Assembly: GCA_017436605.1 (NCBI GenBank)
Contig: JAFSCW010000125.1
Coordinates: forward strand, 1 to 57,773
From: Clostridia bacterium
GTDB taxonomy: Bacteria; Bacillota; Clostridia; Christensenellales; Aristaeellaceae
Direction of reading: 5' to 3'
DNA length: 57,773 nt
A program made the translations under genes and the position numbers. Of the stretch, positions 34,944-44,123 are shown in pieces. A model generated the notes under the pieces. The model was given only the letters and a program-made list of their open reading frames with translations, did not search any database and was not told the DNA's origin. Positions within the stretch are counted from its first letter, which is position 1. Each line of letters starts with the position of its first letter.

Positions 34944-36216
34944 ACTCCTTCTCGCTGCGCAGCAGCGTGCGGACCGCGCCGATCAGATACAGCGAACCGG
35001 CGACGAGCACCGTGCCCTCCGGCCCAGCGATCGACCGCGCCTGATCGAGCGCTTTTTTGACGTCGGCCTGCGCATAGGTCCTGAGCCCATGCGCCGAAAA
35101 CGCCTCCGCCAGCGCCCCGGCCTCCATCTCACGCGGCACGCCCGGCTGCGTGCATACCGCGCAGCGCACGCGTGCGCTCAGACGCTTCGTCATCTGCGAT
35201 ACATCCTTATCCTGCATCATGCCGGAAAGGAGCACCGTTTTCTCCTTCGGCAGCCAATCATCGCAGTATCGGCACAGCGCGCGCACGCCGGGGTCGTTGT
35301 GCGCGCCGTCGAGAATGACATTGCCGAAATACTCAAGCCTGCCCGGCCAGCGGACAGCCCCCATGCCCCGGCGCACGGCCTCCGGCGGAATCCTGAAGCC
35401 GCGCTTTTTCAGCGCCTCGACCGCGCCGAGCGCAGCGCAGGCGTTCTCCGCCTGATGCCTGCCGCGCAGGGATACCGTCAGGTTCTTCATCATGCCGCCC
35501 GGCAGGCGCACGTCGAAGGTCACATCCTGTCTGGTTTCGCGCACGTTCTCGGCGTCCGGGTCGATGACTTCGCAGCCAAGGCCTTTCGCCGCAGCCAGCA
35601 GCACGCCGCCGGCAGCCTTTTCCTGCGGGCCCAGCGCAACGGGCACACCGCGTTTCATGATGCCGGCCTTCTCCAGCGCAATCTCCCCGATCGTGTTGCC
35701 CAGATACTGCATATGGTCCATGCCGACCTCGGTGATCACCGACACCAGCGGATGGATGATGTTCGTCGGATCGAGCCGGCCGCCGAGGCCCACCTCAATG
35801 ATCGCGACGTCCACCTTCTCCGCAGCAAAGGCGCAGAACGCCAGCGCTGTGCCGATTTCGAATTCCGTGATATGGACGCCGTCCCGGTCGCAGGCCTCAT
35901 ACACAGGCCATACGCGCTCCACCAGCTGCGCGAGCTTTTCCCCGGAAACCGGCGCGCCGTTGATGCGGATGCGCTCGTTGTAGCGCTCGATATAGGGGGA
36001 AGTATACAGGCCGGTCTTATAGCCTGCCTCGCGCAGAACACGCTCGATCATCGCGCAGCAGGAGCCCTTGCCATTTGTTCCCGCGACATGCACACAGGGC
36101 ACCGCAGACTGCACATTGCCCAGCCGCGCCATCAGCGCGCGCATGTTTTCCACGCCGTTCTTTTTTCCCGTGGGATATACGCTATGGATTTTTGCAATCG
36201 CTTCCGCTTCGGTCAT
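34927..36216 (-). CDS. folC: Folylpolyglutamate synthase / dihydrofolate synthase
   Basis: ...VHVAGTNGKGSCCAMIERVL...TSPYIERYNERIRING... are Mur-ligase/FolC motifs. Confidence 0.93.
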   Translation of the reverse strand: MTEAEAIAKIHSVYPTGKKNGVENMRALMARLGNVQSAVPCVHVAGTNGKGSCCAMIERVLREAGYKTGLYTSPYIERYNERIRINGAPVSGEKLAQLVERVWPVYEACDRDGVHITEFEIGTALAFCAFAAEKVDVAIIEVGLGGRLDPTNIIHPLVSVITEVGMDHMQYLGNTIGEIALEKAGIMKRGVPVALGPQEKAAGGVLLAAAKGLGCEVIDPDAENVRETRQDVTFDVRLPGGMMKNLTVSLRGRHQAENACAALGAVEALKKRGFRIPPEAVRRGMGAVRWPGRLEYFGNVILDGAHNDPGVRALCRYCDDWLPKEKTVLLSGMMQDKDVSQMTKRLSARVRCAVCTQPGVPREMEAGALAEAFSAHGLRTYAQADVKKALDQARSIAGPEGTVLVAGSLYLIGAVRTLLRSEKEFADVI

Positions 36217-36348
36217 GAACGCACACCTCCCTTGGAGCTTTGCCCCGAATCCCGGCAGGGATCAGGGCCTGACGCCTTCTTCCGGCAAAACCGAGCCGGA
36301 TTCCGGCTTTGTATTCGAAAGAGAAGAACAGAGAAGATTTGAGAAAAG

Positions 36349-36403
36349 GGCGGAGCAGCGCCCCGCCCCTACATGTATCGGGGTTGTATTTGCGGGGCTC
36401 TGC
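36349..36403. repeat. REP-like family B, copy 1 (imperfect palindrome)
   Basis: GGCGGAGCAGCGCCCCGCCCCTACAT (36349-36374) matches 42075-42100 at 25 of 26 positions. Arm 36355-36372 pairs imperfectly with 36386-36403. Confidence 0.7.
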
Positions 36404-36422
36404 CCTCCCCCCGATCCATGTG

Positions 36423-39131
36423 TTACATATTCTGCAGATCCGCAATGCGGGCGTTGAGCTTAGCGAGCTTGTCCTTGGAGACTTCCAGCTTCGCCTTCTC
36501 CTGCTCGACCAGCTGCGCAGGCGCCTTCGCCAGGAAGCCCTGGTTGTTCAGCTTGCCCTCGGCGCGCTGGATATCGCGCTCGATGCTGTCGCGCTCCTTG
36601 GTCAGGCGCGCGATCTCCTTATCCAGATCGACCAGATCGCCCAGCGGGATGAACAGCTCCGCAGCCTCGGAAACGGCGGAAACCGTCTTGCCCTCGGCAG
36701 CCTGACCGGCTTCGAGAATCGCCATCTCGCTGACCCAGGCCAGACGCTTGAGGTATTCCTCCGCGCCCTCCATGGCATGCTCCCAGCCGGCCTTCGGGCG
36801 CACCATCAGATGTGCGCGCTTGCCGACGGCGACGTTCATCTCCGCACGCAGGTTGCGCACGGCGCGAATGACGTCCATGACGCCCTCCATCTCGCGGGCC
36901 GCCTCGGCGAAGTCATAGCCCGCCTCGGCCACCGGCCAGTCGGAAAGCATGATCGTACCCTCGGTGCCCGGAATATGGCGGTACACGCTGTCGGTGATGA
37001 ACGGCATGAACGGATGGAGCATCTTGAGCAGGGCGATGAGCACATGGCGCAGCACGGCGCAGGTCGCCTTGCGCGCGGCCTCGTCGGTGCCGTTCATGGT
37101 GACCTTCGAAAGCTCGATGTACCAGTCACAGAACTCGGTCCAGGCGAAATCGTAGATCTTCTGCGCGGCCATGCCCATGTCATAGCCCTCGAAGTGATCG
37201 GTCACCTCGCGGATGGTATCGTTCAGGCGGGCGAGGATCCACTTATCGGCAGCGGAGAATTCCTTGCCTTCCATGCTCTCGGCGGTCTCGCCCAGGTTCA
37301 TGAGCACGAAGCGGCTCGCATTCCAGATCTTGTTGGCAAAGTTGCGCGCGGCCTCGACCTTGTCGGTGGAGAAGCGCATGTCGTTGCCCGGGGAAACGCC
37401 CATGGACAGCGAGAAGCGCAGCGCGTCCGCGCCGTACTGGTCGATGACCTCCAGCGGATCGACGCCGTTGCCAAGGGACTTACTCATCTTGCGGCCGAGC
37501 GCGTCGCGCACCAGGCCGTGGATCAGCACGGTATGGAACGGCGTCTCCTCCATGTCCGCAATACCCATAGTGATCATGCGGCTGACCCAGAAGGTGATGA
37601 TGTCGTAGCCGGTGACCAGCACGTCGGTCGGGTAGAAGTACTTGAGGTCCTCAGTGTTGTCCGGCCAGCCGAGCGTGGAGAACGGCCACAGCGCGGAAGA
37701 AAACCAGGTATCCAGCACGTCCTCATCCTGGCGGATATTCTTCGACTTGCACTTGGCGCAGCAGCACGGATCCTCACGCTCGACCATCATCTCGCCGCAG
37801 TCATCGCAGTACCACACCGGGATGCGATGGCCCCACCAGAGCTGGCGGGAGATGCACCAGTCGCGGATGTTCTCCATCCAGTTCATGTAGTTCTTGGTGA
37901 AGCGCTCCGGCACGAACTTCGTCTTGCCGGAGGTAACCGCTTCGATCGCCGGCTCGGTCACGGGCTTCATATCGATGAACCACTGCTTGGAGACCATCGG
38001 CTCGATGGCGGTCTTGGAGTGGCGATAGCACACGCCGACCTCGTGCTTGAGCGGCTCCACTTCCTTGAGCAGGCCCAGCGCCTCCAGATCCGCGACGATG
38101 ACCTTGCGGGCCTCGTCGGTGGTCATGCCTGCGTACTTGCCGCAGTCGAGCACCTCCGCCTCGTTCTTGCTGCCCTTGCCGGAAGCCATCATCTCCTCAT
38201 ACGCCGCCTTATCGGCGCTGCCCGTCATATGGCCGTCATAGGTGAACACGCGCACCAGCGGCAGATCGTGGCGCTGGCCGACTTCGTAGTCGTTCGGGTC
38301 ATGGGCCGGGGTGATCTTGACCACGCCGGTGCCCTTTTCCATATCGGCATGCTCGTCGCAGACAATCGGAATCTCCTTGTTGATCAGCGGCAGCACGACA
38401 TGGCAGCCATGCAGATGCTTATAGCGCGGATCCTCCGGGTTGATGGCCACGGCGGTATCGCCGAGCATCGTCTCCGGACGGGTGGTCGCCAGCTCCAGGT
38501 ATTCGCCCGTCTCCTTGACCGGGTAGAGCAGATGCCAGAAGTTGCCGTCCATCTCCTTGTGCTCGACCTCGGCGTCGGAAATCGCGCTCTGGCACATCGG
38601 GCACCAGTTGACCAGACGGTTGCCGCGGTAGATCAGGCCCTTTTCATACAGGCGGCAGAAATGCTCGCGCACGGCCTTGGAGCAGCCCTCGTCCATGGTG
38701 AAGCGCTCGCGGCTCCAGTCGCAGGAAACGCCCATGCGGCGCTGCTGATGGACGATGCGTCCGCCGTATTCCTTCTTCCACTGCCAGGCGCGCTCCAGGA
38801 ACTTCTCGCGGCCCAGGCTCTTCTTCGTCAGGCCTTCCTTCGCCATCGCCTCGACAATCTTGACCTCGGTGGAGATCGCAGCATGGTCGGTGCCCGGCAG
38901 CCAGAGGGTCGGGTCGCCCTTCATGCGGTGATAGCGGATGAGCGCATCCTGCTGGGTGCAGTCCATCGCATGGCCCATGTGCAGCTGGCCGGTGATGTTA
39001 GGCGGCGGCATGACGATGGTAAAGGGCTTCTTGCCCTCCACGCGATGCGCCACAAACGCGCCGGACTCTTCCCACTCGCGGTAGAGATCGTTTTCAATGG
39101 CTTGCGGGTTATAGACCTTTTCCATTTCCAT
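36423..39131 (-). CDS. valS: Valine--tRNA ligase
   Basis: PPPNITGQLHMGH (HIGH region), KMSKSLGN, and a C-terminal coiled coil. RBS AAGGGAG precedes ATG 39131. Confidence 0.98.
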   Translation of the reverse strand: MEMEKVYNPQAIENDLYREWEESGAFVAHRVEGKKPFTIVMPPPNITGQLHMGHAMDCTQQDALIRYHRMKGDPTLWLPGTDHAAISTEVKIVEAMAKEGLTKKSLGREKFLERAWQWKKEYGGRIVHQQRRMGVSCDWSRERFTMDEGCSKAVREHFCRLYEKGLIYRGNRLVNWCPMCQSAISDAEVEHKEMDGNFWHLLYPVKETGEYLELATTRPETMLGDTAVAINPEDPRYKHLHGCHVVLPLINKEIPIVCDEHADMEKGTGVVKITPAHDPNDYEVGQRHDLPLVRVFTYDGHMTGSADKAAYEEMMASGKGSKNEAEVLDCGKYAGMTTDEARKVIVADLEALGLLKEVEPLKHEVGVCYRHSKTAIEPMVSKQWFIDMKPVTEPAIEAVTSGKTKFVPERFTKNYMNWMENIRDWCISRQLWWGHRIPVWYCDDCGEMMVEREDPCCCAKCKSKNIRQDEDVLDTWFSSALWPFSTLGWPDNTEDLKYFYPTDVLVTGYDIITFWVSRMITMGIADMEETPFHTVLIHGLVRDALGRKMSKSLGNGVDPLEVIDQYGADALRFSLSMGVSPGNDMRFSTDKVEAARNFANKIWNASRFVLMNLGETAESMEGKEFSAADKWILARLNDTIREVTDHFEGYDMGMAAQKIYDFAWTEFCDWYIELSKVTMNGTDEAARKATCAVLRHVLIALLKMLHPFMPFITDSVYRHIPGTEGTIMLSDWPVAEAGYDFAEAAREMEGVMDVIRAVRNLRAEMNVAVGKRAHLMVRPKAGWEHAMEGAEEYLKRLAWVSEMAILEAGQAAEGKTVSAVSEAAELFIPLGDLVDLDKEIARLTKERDSIERDIQRAEGKLNNQGFLAKAPAQLVEQEKAKLEVSKDKLAKLNARIADLQNM

Positions 39132-39171
39132 AATCAAAAACTCCCTTTCTGATGATCAGAAGATAATCTGC

Positions 39172-39339
39172 TTACACGATAAAAACCAGAATCGCGCCGG
39201 CGAACGCCAGGAACGTGCCCAGCATGCGCATGGGCTGTACGTTCTTTTTGTTTTTGCATACGCCATCCGCAAAGAAGCCCAGAAACGCGCCGACGACAAG
39301 CAGCGTGATGCCGGGCATCATTTCAGCACCAAAGTTCAT
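39172..39339 (-). CDS. 55-aa two-TM hydrophobic ORF between the valS T-box terminator and valS
   Basis: MNFGAEMMPGITLLVVGAFLGFFADGVCKNKKNVQPMRMLGTFLAFAGAILVFIV. RBS GGAGG lies 7 nt before the ATG. The longer ORF-track version would run through the terminator. Confidence 0.5.
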   Translation of the reverse strand: MNFGAEMMPGITLLVVGAFLGFFADGVCKNKKNVQPMRMLGTFLAFAGAILVFIV

Positions 39340-39354
39340 ATGCATGCCTCCAAA

Positions 39355-39625
39355 TAAAAAGCAAGCGCTCCGTCCCAAAGGACGCAAGAGCGCTTGCGTG
39401 GTACCACCTTCATTTACGTCCGCCCGGAATACGGGAGAACGCCTCGATGCGCTGTATCGGGCGCGCCCGCGCAGACTACAGGGCGTTTCGCCGTTCGCCT
39501 GCCCCCTCGGAAAGCGACCTTCCGCAAAGCTCTTTCCCGGGCGGCCTTTCAGCCCATGGGCCTGCCCTCTCTGATGGATCGCTCCGCGTACTCCTCTTCG
39601 TCAAACGGGGAGAACATATGTAAGG
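39355..39625 (-). promoter_or_regulatory. T-box riboswitch leader (Val)
   Basis: Minus strand: Stem I start GACGAAGAGGAGTA and an AGAGAG bulge. Candidate specifier GAAG-GUC-G. T-box AAATGAAGGTGGTACCACG (core 39397-39408). Terminator GCAAGCGCTC...GAGCGCTTGC followed by TTTTT (39355-39398). Confidence 0.9.
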
Positions 39626-39628
39626 AAA

Positions 39629-39657
39629 ATTATAACGTAGCCTTTCCCTTTTGTCAA
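39629..39657 (-). promoter_or_regulatory. Perfect-consensus promoter of the valS leader
   Basis: Minus strand: TTGACA (39657-39652), 17-nt spacer, TATAAT (39634-39629). The -35 overlaps the stop codon of the upstream GT14 gene. Confidence 0.85.
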
Positions 39658-40565
39658 TTGGAATTTTCCCCGCCGCCGATTCCGATGCGCGCGTACATCC
39701 GCTCGATAATCTCCCGGTCGATCGCCGGATCAAACTTGCGGGCAAAGAGCTTATCCCTGCAGGAAACCAGCATTTCCTCATCCTCCGACGTGAAGGTGTG
39801 CGGCGAGCAGCCGCCGTGCTCGGTGCGCGTCCAGTCGACCAGACGCAGGTTATCCCGGATGATCTCATCGCGAAGGGGCGAGGCCATCGCCACGCTCTGC
39901 ACGAACAGCTCGTCCGCCGTCACGGAATGATAGAAGTACTTCCGGATAACCGGCCTTTGCGTCAGGATATAGGCGAGCAGTGCATGGGTGATGGAGAACC
40001 AGTTGCCGCCCCGGCAATAGGCGAAGGGCGCGTTTTTCGTCCGGTCGATTTTCAGCATCCGCTGCAGCTTGTCGCTTTCATAGGCCAGCTGATCCAGCAG
40101 TGCATAGAGCTTTCCCCTGCCCGCCTTCTGCCTGCCGATGAGCGGCTGGAAAAAAGCATACCGGCGCACGCGATCCAGCGTCGCCCCCAGGTCCTTTTCC
40201 TGCTTGACCTCCAGGAAGCTCTTGTCCTGCGCCTCAAAGAACGCTTCGATTTCGCTTCCCGTCTTCAGCGGGATGTCCACGCCGGAGAGCAGATGGTAAT
40301 AGTCGTAACGCTCCTTTGCCGCCTGCTCCATCAGATACAGCTCGCAGCGGATCTGCGTATCTGCGCCCCATGTAATTCTGTACCTGCGGAAGATCCTCGC
40401 GCGGGATTTCTTCGCGGCCGACAGAATGTCCGCCTCGTCCAGATCCCTGACGCTCCTGTTGATATGGATATAGAAATCCGCGTGCTCGCTATCCAGCGCG
40501 CGGATCAGGTTTTTCAGCATATCAAAATGGTGATGCGCGATGATCAGATACGCATGCCGCTTCAT
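39654..40565 (-). CDS. Glycosyltransferase family 14 (core-2/I-branching beta-1,6-GlcNAc-transferase-like)
   Basis: MKRHAYLIIAHHHFDMLKNLIRALDSEHADFYIHIN... is the N-terminus typical of bacterial Branch-domain proteins. Confidence 0.75.
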   Translation of the reverse strand: MKRHAYLIIAHHHFDMLKNLIRALDSEHADFYIHINRSVRDLDEADILSAAKKSRARIFRRYRITWGADTQIRCELYLMEQAAKERYDYYHLLSGVDIPLKTGSEIEAFFEAQDKSFLEVKQEKDLGATLDRVRRYAFFQPLIGRQKAGRGKLYALLDQLAYESDKLQRMLKIDRTKNAPFAYCRGGNWFSITHALLAYILTQRPVIRKYFYHSVTADELFVQSVAMASPLRDEIIRDNLRLVDWTRTEHGGCSPHTFTSEDEEMLVSCRDKLFARKFDPAIDREIIERMYARIGIGGGENSN

Positions 40566-40589
40566 GCCGCTTCCCTCCGTAGCTTTCTG

Positions 40590-40623
40590 AAATCAAAACA
40601 GGGGCAGCCGACGGCCGCCCCTG
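40590..40623 (-). terminator. hslU terminator
   Basis: CAGGGGC-11 nt-GCCCCTG followed by TTTTGATTTC on the minus strand. Confidence 0.65.
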
Positions 40624-40654
40624 CGAAGTTTTTCCGTTTTCGGCTATCCCTATT

Positions 40655-42010
40655 TTACAGGATATACCGCTTCATGTCCATCACTTTTCCATCCTCGCCC
40701 AGATGCTGGCGGACATAGTCGCCGTTGACCACGACGTCCACGTCCGGCATATCGCCGCCGGCATGGAAGGAAATCTCCTCAAGCATCTGCTCAAAGAGCG
40801 TATGCAGCCTGCGCGCGCCGATATCCTCCTTGGTCTCGTTCGCGCGCTGCGCGGCCTCCGCCAGCGCATCCAGCGCGGATTCCTCAAAGTGCAGATGCAC
40901 ATGATCGACCGCAAGCAGCGCCTCGTACTGGCGGGTCAGCGCGTTGTCCGTCTGACTCAGGATCTTCTTGAAATCCTCGCGGGTGAGCGGCCTCAGCTGC
41001 ACGCGCACCGGGAAGCGTCCCTGCAGTTCAGGAATCAGATCGGTCACCTTCGCCACATGGAAAGCGCCCGCCGCGATGAAGAGCATGTAATCCGTCTTCA
41101 CCACGCCGTACTTCGTGTTGACCGTGCTGCCCTCGACGATCGGCAGGATATCGCGCTGCACGCCCTCGCGGGAGACGTCCGGGCCGTTCGTCGAGCGGCC
41201 GGCGACCTTGTCGATCTCGTCGATGAAGACGATGCCATCCTGCTCGGCGCGGCGGAGCGCTTCCTCGGTGACGGCATCCATGTCGATCAGGCTGCTTTCC
41301 TCCTGCGCGATGAGCAGCTTGCGCGCATCGGATACCTTCATGCGGCGCATCTTGGTCTTCTTCGGCATGATATCGCCCATCATCGAGCCGATGTTCACGC
41401 TCGCACCGTTGATCTCGACGTCCTTGGGCGCATCCTCGACCTCGACCTCGATCTCCATGTCCTCCAGCTCGCCGCGCATCAGCTGCGCGCGCAGCTCCTC
41501 GGCGCGGGTTCTGAGCCGCTGGCGCTCGCCCTCGGGCAGTTCCGGCGTCTTGGGCTTGTTGCCAAGGAGCACGTCGATCGGGTTGACCGGCTTGCGCTCG
41601 GGGTGCAGGATCAGGTCGATGATCTTCTCCTCGGCAAGAACCGTCGCCCTCGCCTTCACCTTCTGGCTGGCCTTCTCCTTGCAGATGCGCACGCTGGCCT
41701 CGACCAGATCGCGGATGATGCTCTCGACGTCTCTTCCGACGTAGCCGACCTCGGTGAACTTCGTCGCCTCGACCTTCACAAAGGGCGCGTCCACGAGCCT
41801 GGCCAGCCTGCGGGCGATCTCGGTCTTGCCCACGCCGGTCGGGCCGACCATCAGGATATTCTTGGGGACGATCTCGTCGCGGATTTCCTCGGGCAGCTGC
41901 GCACGGCGATAGCGGTTGCGCAGCGCCACGGCGACCGCGCGCTTGGCGTCGTCCTGGCCGATAATATAGCGATCGAGCTCGCGCACGATCTGCTTGGGGG
42001 TGAGTTCCAT
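40655..42010 (-). CDS. hslU: ATP-dependent protease ATPase subunit HslU
   Basis: MELTPKQIVRELDRYIIGQDDAKRAVAVALRNRYRR...MVGPTGVGKTEIARRLA. Confidence 0.97.
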   Translation of the reverse strand: MELTPKQIVRELDRYIIGQDDAKRAVAVALRNRYRRAQLPEEIRDEIVPKNILMVGPTGVGKTEIARRLARLVDAPFVKVEATKFTEVGYVGRDVESIIRDLVEASVRICKEKASQKVKARATVLAEEKIIDLILHPERKPVNPIDVLLGNKPKTPELPEGERQRLRTRAEELRAQLMRGELEDMEIEVEVEDAPKDVEINGASVNIGSMMGDIMPKKTKMRRMKVSDARKLLIAQEESSLIDMDAVTEEALRRAEQDGIVFIDEIDKVAGRSTNGPDVSREGVQRDILPIVEGSTVNTKYGVVKTDYMLFIAAGAFHVAKVTDLIPELQGRFPVRVQLRPLTREDFKKILSQTDNALTRQYEALLAVDHVHLHFEESALDALAEAAQRANETKEDIGARRLHTLFEQMLEEISFHAGGDMPDVDVVVNGDYVRQHLGEDGKVMDMKRYIL

Positions 42011-42030
42011 AGTTTCTCCTTTTCCATCCT

Positions 42031-42100
42031 GTAGGGGAGGGGCTCTGCAGCTCCCCTTTGTCAGCGCTTTTCCGGGCGGAGCAGAGCCCCGCCCCTACAT
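42031..42100. repeat. REP-like family B, copy 2 (18-bp-arm hairpin inside the hslV-hslU spacer)
   Basis: GTAGGGGAGGGGCTCTGC (42031-42048) pairs with GCAGAGCCCCGCCCCTAC (42081-42098) with one mismatch. Confidence 0.75.
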
Positions 42101-42122
42101 AATCCCTGCCCGATCGCAGGCA

Positions 42123-42656
42123 TCACACCTCTTCAACGATCACGTTGTGGTTGGTGAACACGCAGATATCCGCCGCGATATGCAGCGCCTTCTCCGCGAT
42201 CTCCTTCGCGCTCAGATCGGTATTCGCCTTCAGCGCGCGCGCCGCGGCGAGCGCGTAATTGCCGCCCGAGCCGACAGCGGCGATGCCGTCGTCCGGGGTG
42301 ATCACTTCGCCCGTGCCGGAGAGGATCATGATCGTCTCTCCGCTGGCGACGATGAGCATCGCCTCCAGCTTGCGCATCGCCTTGTCCGCGCGCCAGTCCT
42401 GCGCCAGCTCCACCGCCGCGCGCTCGAGATTGCCGGCGTACTGCTCGAGCTTCGCTTCAAAGCGCTCGCAAAGCGCGAACGCATCCGCTACGGAGCCTGC
42501 AAAGCCGGTGACGACCCTGCCGCCGTAAATGCGGCGCACCTTGCGGGCAGTCGCCTTGAAGATCGTGCTCTCGCCCATCGTCACCTGTCCATCGCCGGCC
42601 ACGGCGATTTTTCCATCCTTCAAAACAGCACAGATGGTCGTGCCTTTCAGTGCCAT
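42123..42656 (-). CDS. hslV: ATP-dependent protease subunit HslV
   Basis: [28 protein letters not shown]... (the catalytic Thr follows the start region). RBS GGAGGA precedes ATG 42656. Confidence 0.95.
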   Translation of the reverse strand: MALKGTTICAVLKDGKIAVAGDGQVTMGESTIFKATARKVRRIYGGRVVTGFAGSVADAFALCERFEAKLEQYAGNLERAAVELAQDWRADKAMRKLEAMLIVASGETIMILSGTGEVITPDDGIAAVGSGGNYALAAARALKANTDLSAKEIAEKALHIAADICVFTNHNVIVEEV

Positions 42657-42782
42657 GCTTTTTTCCTCCATGATCGTCGGGCCGGCCGGAGAGGTCCGGT
42701 CCGATCCGAAATTGTCAAGAATGACAGTATGATTATACCATACTGTCATTCGATGATATAGAGCCTGTTTTTTCCGGTCAGA

Positions 42783-44123
42783 TCATTTTTCATCGTCCTG
42801 CGCGCATTCCGGATAAAAATCCCGCGCAAGCGGATTGGAGCGAAGCGCTTCGATGTAGTTGAGCGACCTCGCCGCGATTGCGCCGTAGCGCTCCTGCTTG
42901 CTGCGGATGCGCTTTTCATACGGCGCGATCAGGCCGAAGTTTGCGTTCATCGGCTGGAAATCGCCCGTCGCCTGCGCGACATGGCGGCCAAGGCCGCCAA
43001 TGGCCGTCAGATCCGAAAAATCGACCGGCTCAAGGCCCAGCATCTGCCGCGCAAGCGAAATGCCGGCGACCATGCCGCTGGATGCGCTCTCCACATAGCC
43101 CTCCACGCCCGTCATCTGGCCCGCAAAATACGTGCCCGGCCGGGCGATCATTTGGTAATGCTCGTCGAGGAAACCCGGAGAATGCAGGAACGTGTTGCGG
43201 TGCATCACGCCATAGCGCAGGAATTCCGCATTTTCAAGGCCGGGGATCATCGAAAAGACGCGCTTCTGTTCGCCCCATTTGAGCCTCGTCTGGAAGCCGA
43301 CGAGGTTATACATCGTGCCCTCTTTGTTCTCCGCGCGCAGCTGCACGGCGGCAAAGGGCTCGCGTCCCGTTCGCGGATCGGTCAGGCCGACCGGCTTCAT
43401 CGGGCCGAACGCCATGACCATTTCGCCGCGCGACGCCATGACCTCGATGGGCATGCAGCCCTCGAAAACCTGCGTGCCGTCAAAGCCATGCACCTCCGCC
43501 TTTTCGGCGGTGAGCAGCGCCTCATAAAAGGCCATGTACTCCTCGCGGGTGAAGGGGCAGTTGAGGTAATCATCGCCCCTGCCGTAGCGGCTCATGCGGA
43601 AGACCCTGGTCATATCCAGCGATTCGCCGGAGACGATCGGCGCAGCCGCGTCATAAAAATTGAGCGTCTGAAGGCCGGGCAGCGCGGCAATTTTCTCCGC
43701 CAGGGCGTCGCTGGTCAGGGGACCCGTGGCGATGATCACGTTCCCTTCGGGAATCTCCGCGACCTCCCCGCGCACGACGGTGATGTTTTCATGCTCCTCC
43801 ACGGCCTTTGTCACATAGGCGGAAAAGGCTTCCCTGTCGACCGCCAGCGCGCCGCCTGCGGGCACGCGCGTCGCATCCGCCGCGCGCATGATCAGGCTGC
43901 CGAGCTGGCGCATCTCCTCCTTGAGCAGGCCGACCGCGTTGGTCAGCTGGTCGCTGCGCAGCGAATTGGAGCAGACCAGTTCAGCAAAGCCCGCGCTGTG
44001 ATGCGCGGGCGTATATTTTTCCGGTTTCATTTCGATCAGCGTGACACAGATGCCGCGGCTGGCAAGCTGCCAGGCGGCCTCGCAGCCGGCAAGACCGGCG
44101 CCGATAACCGTTGCTTTATTCAT
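42783..44123 (-). CDS. trmFO: Methylenetetrahydrofolate--tRNA-(uracil54-C5)-methyltransferase
   Basis: [16 protein letters not shown]...[16 protein letters not shown]... is the Gid/TrmFO signature. Confidence 0.96.
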   Translation of the reverse strand: MNKATVIGAGLAGCEAAWQLASRGICVTLIEMKPEKYTPAHHSAGFAELVCSNSLRSDQLTNAVGLLKEEMRQLGSLIMRAADATRVPAGGALAVDREAFSAYVTKAVEEHENITVVRGEVAEIPEGNVIIATGPLTSDALAEKIAALPGLQTLNFYDAAAPIVSGESLDMTRVFRMSRYGRGDDYLNCPFTREEYMAFYEALLTAEKAEVHGFDGTQVFEGCMPIEVMASRGEMVMAFGPMKPVGLTDPRTGREPFAAVQLRAENKEGTMYNLVGFQTRLKWGEQKRVFSMIPGLENAEFLRYGVMHRNTFLHSPGFLDEHYQMIARPGTYFAGQMTGVEGYVESASSGMVAGISLARQMLGLEPVDFSDLTAIGGLGRHVAQATGDFQPMNANFGLIAPYEKRIRSKQERYGAIAARSLNYIEALRSNPLARDFYPECAQDDEK

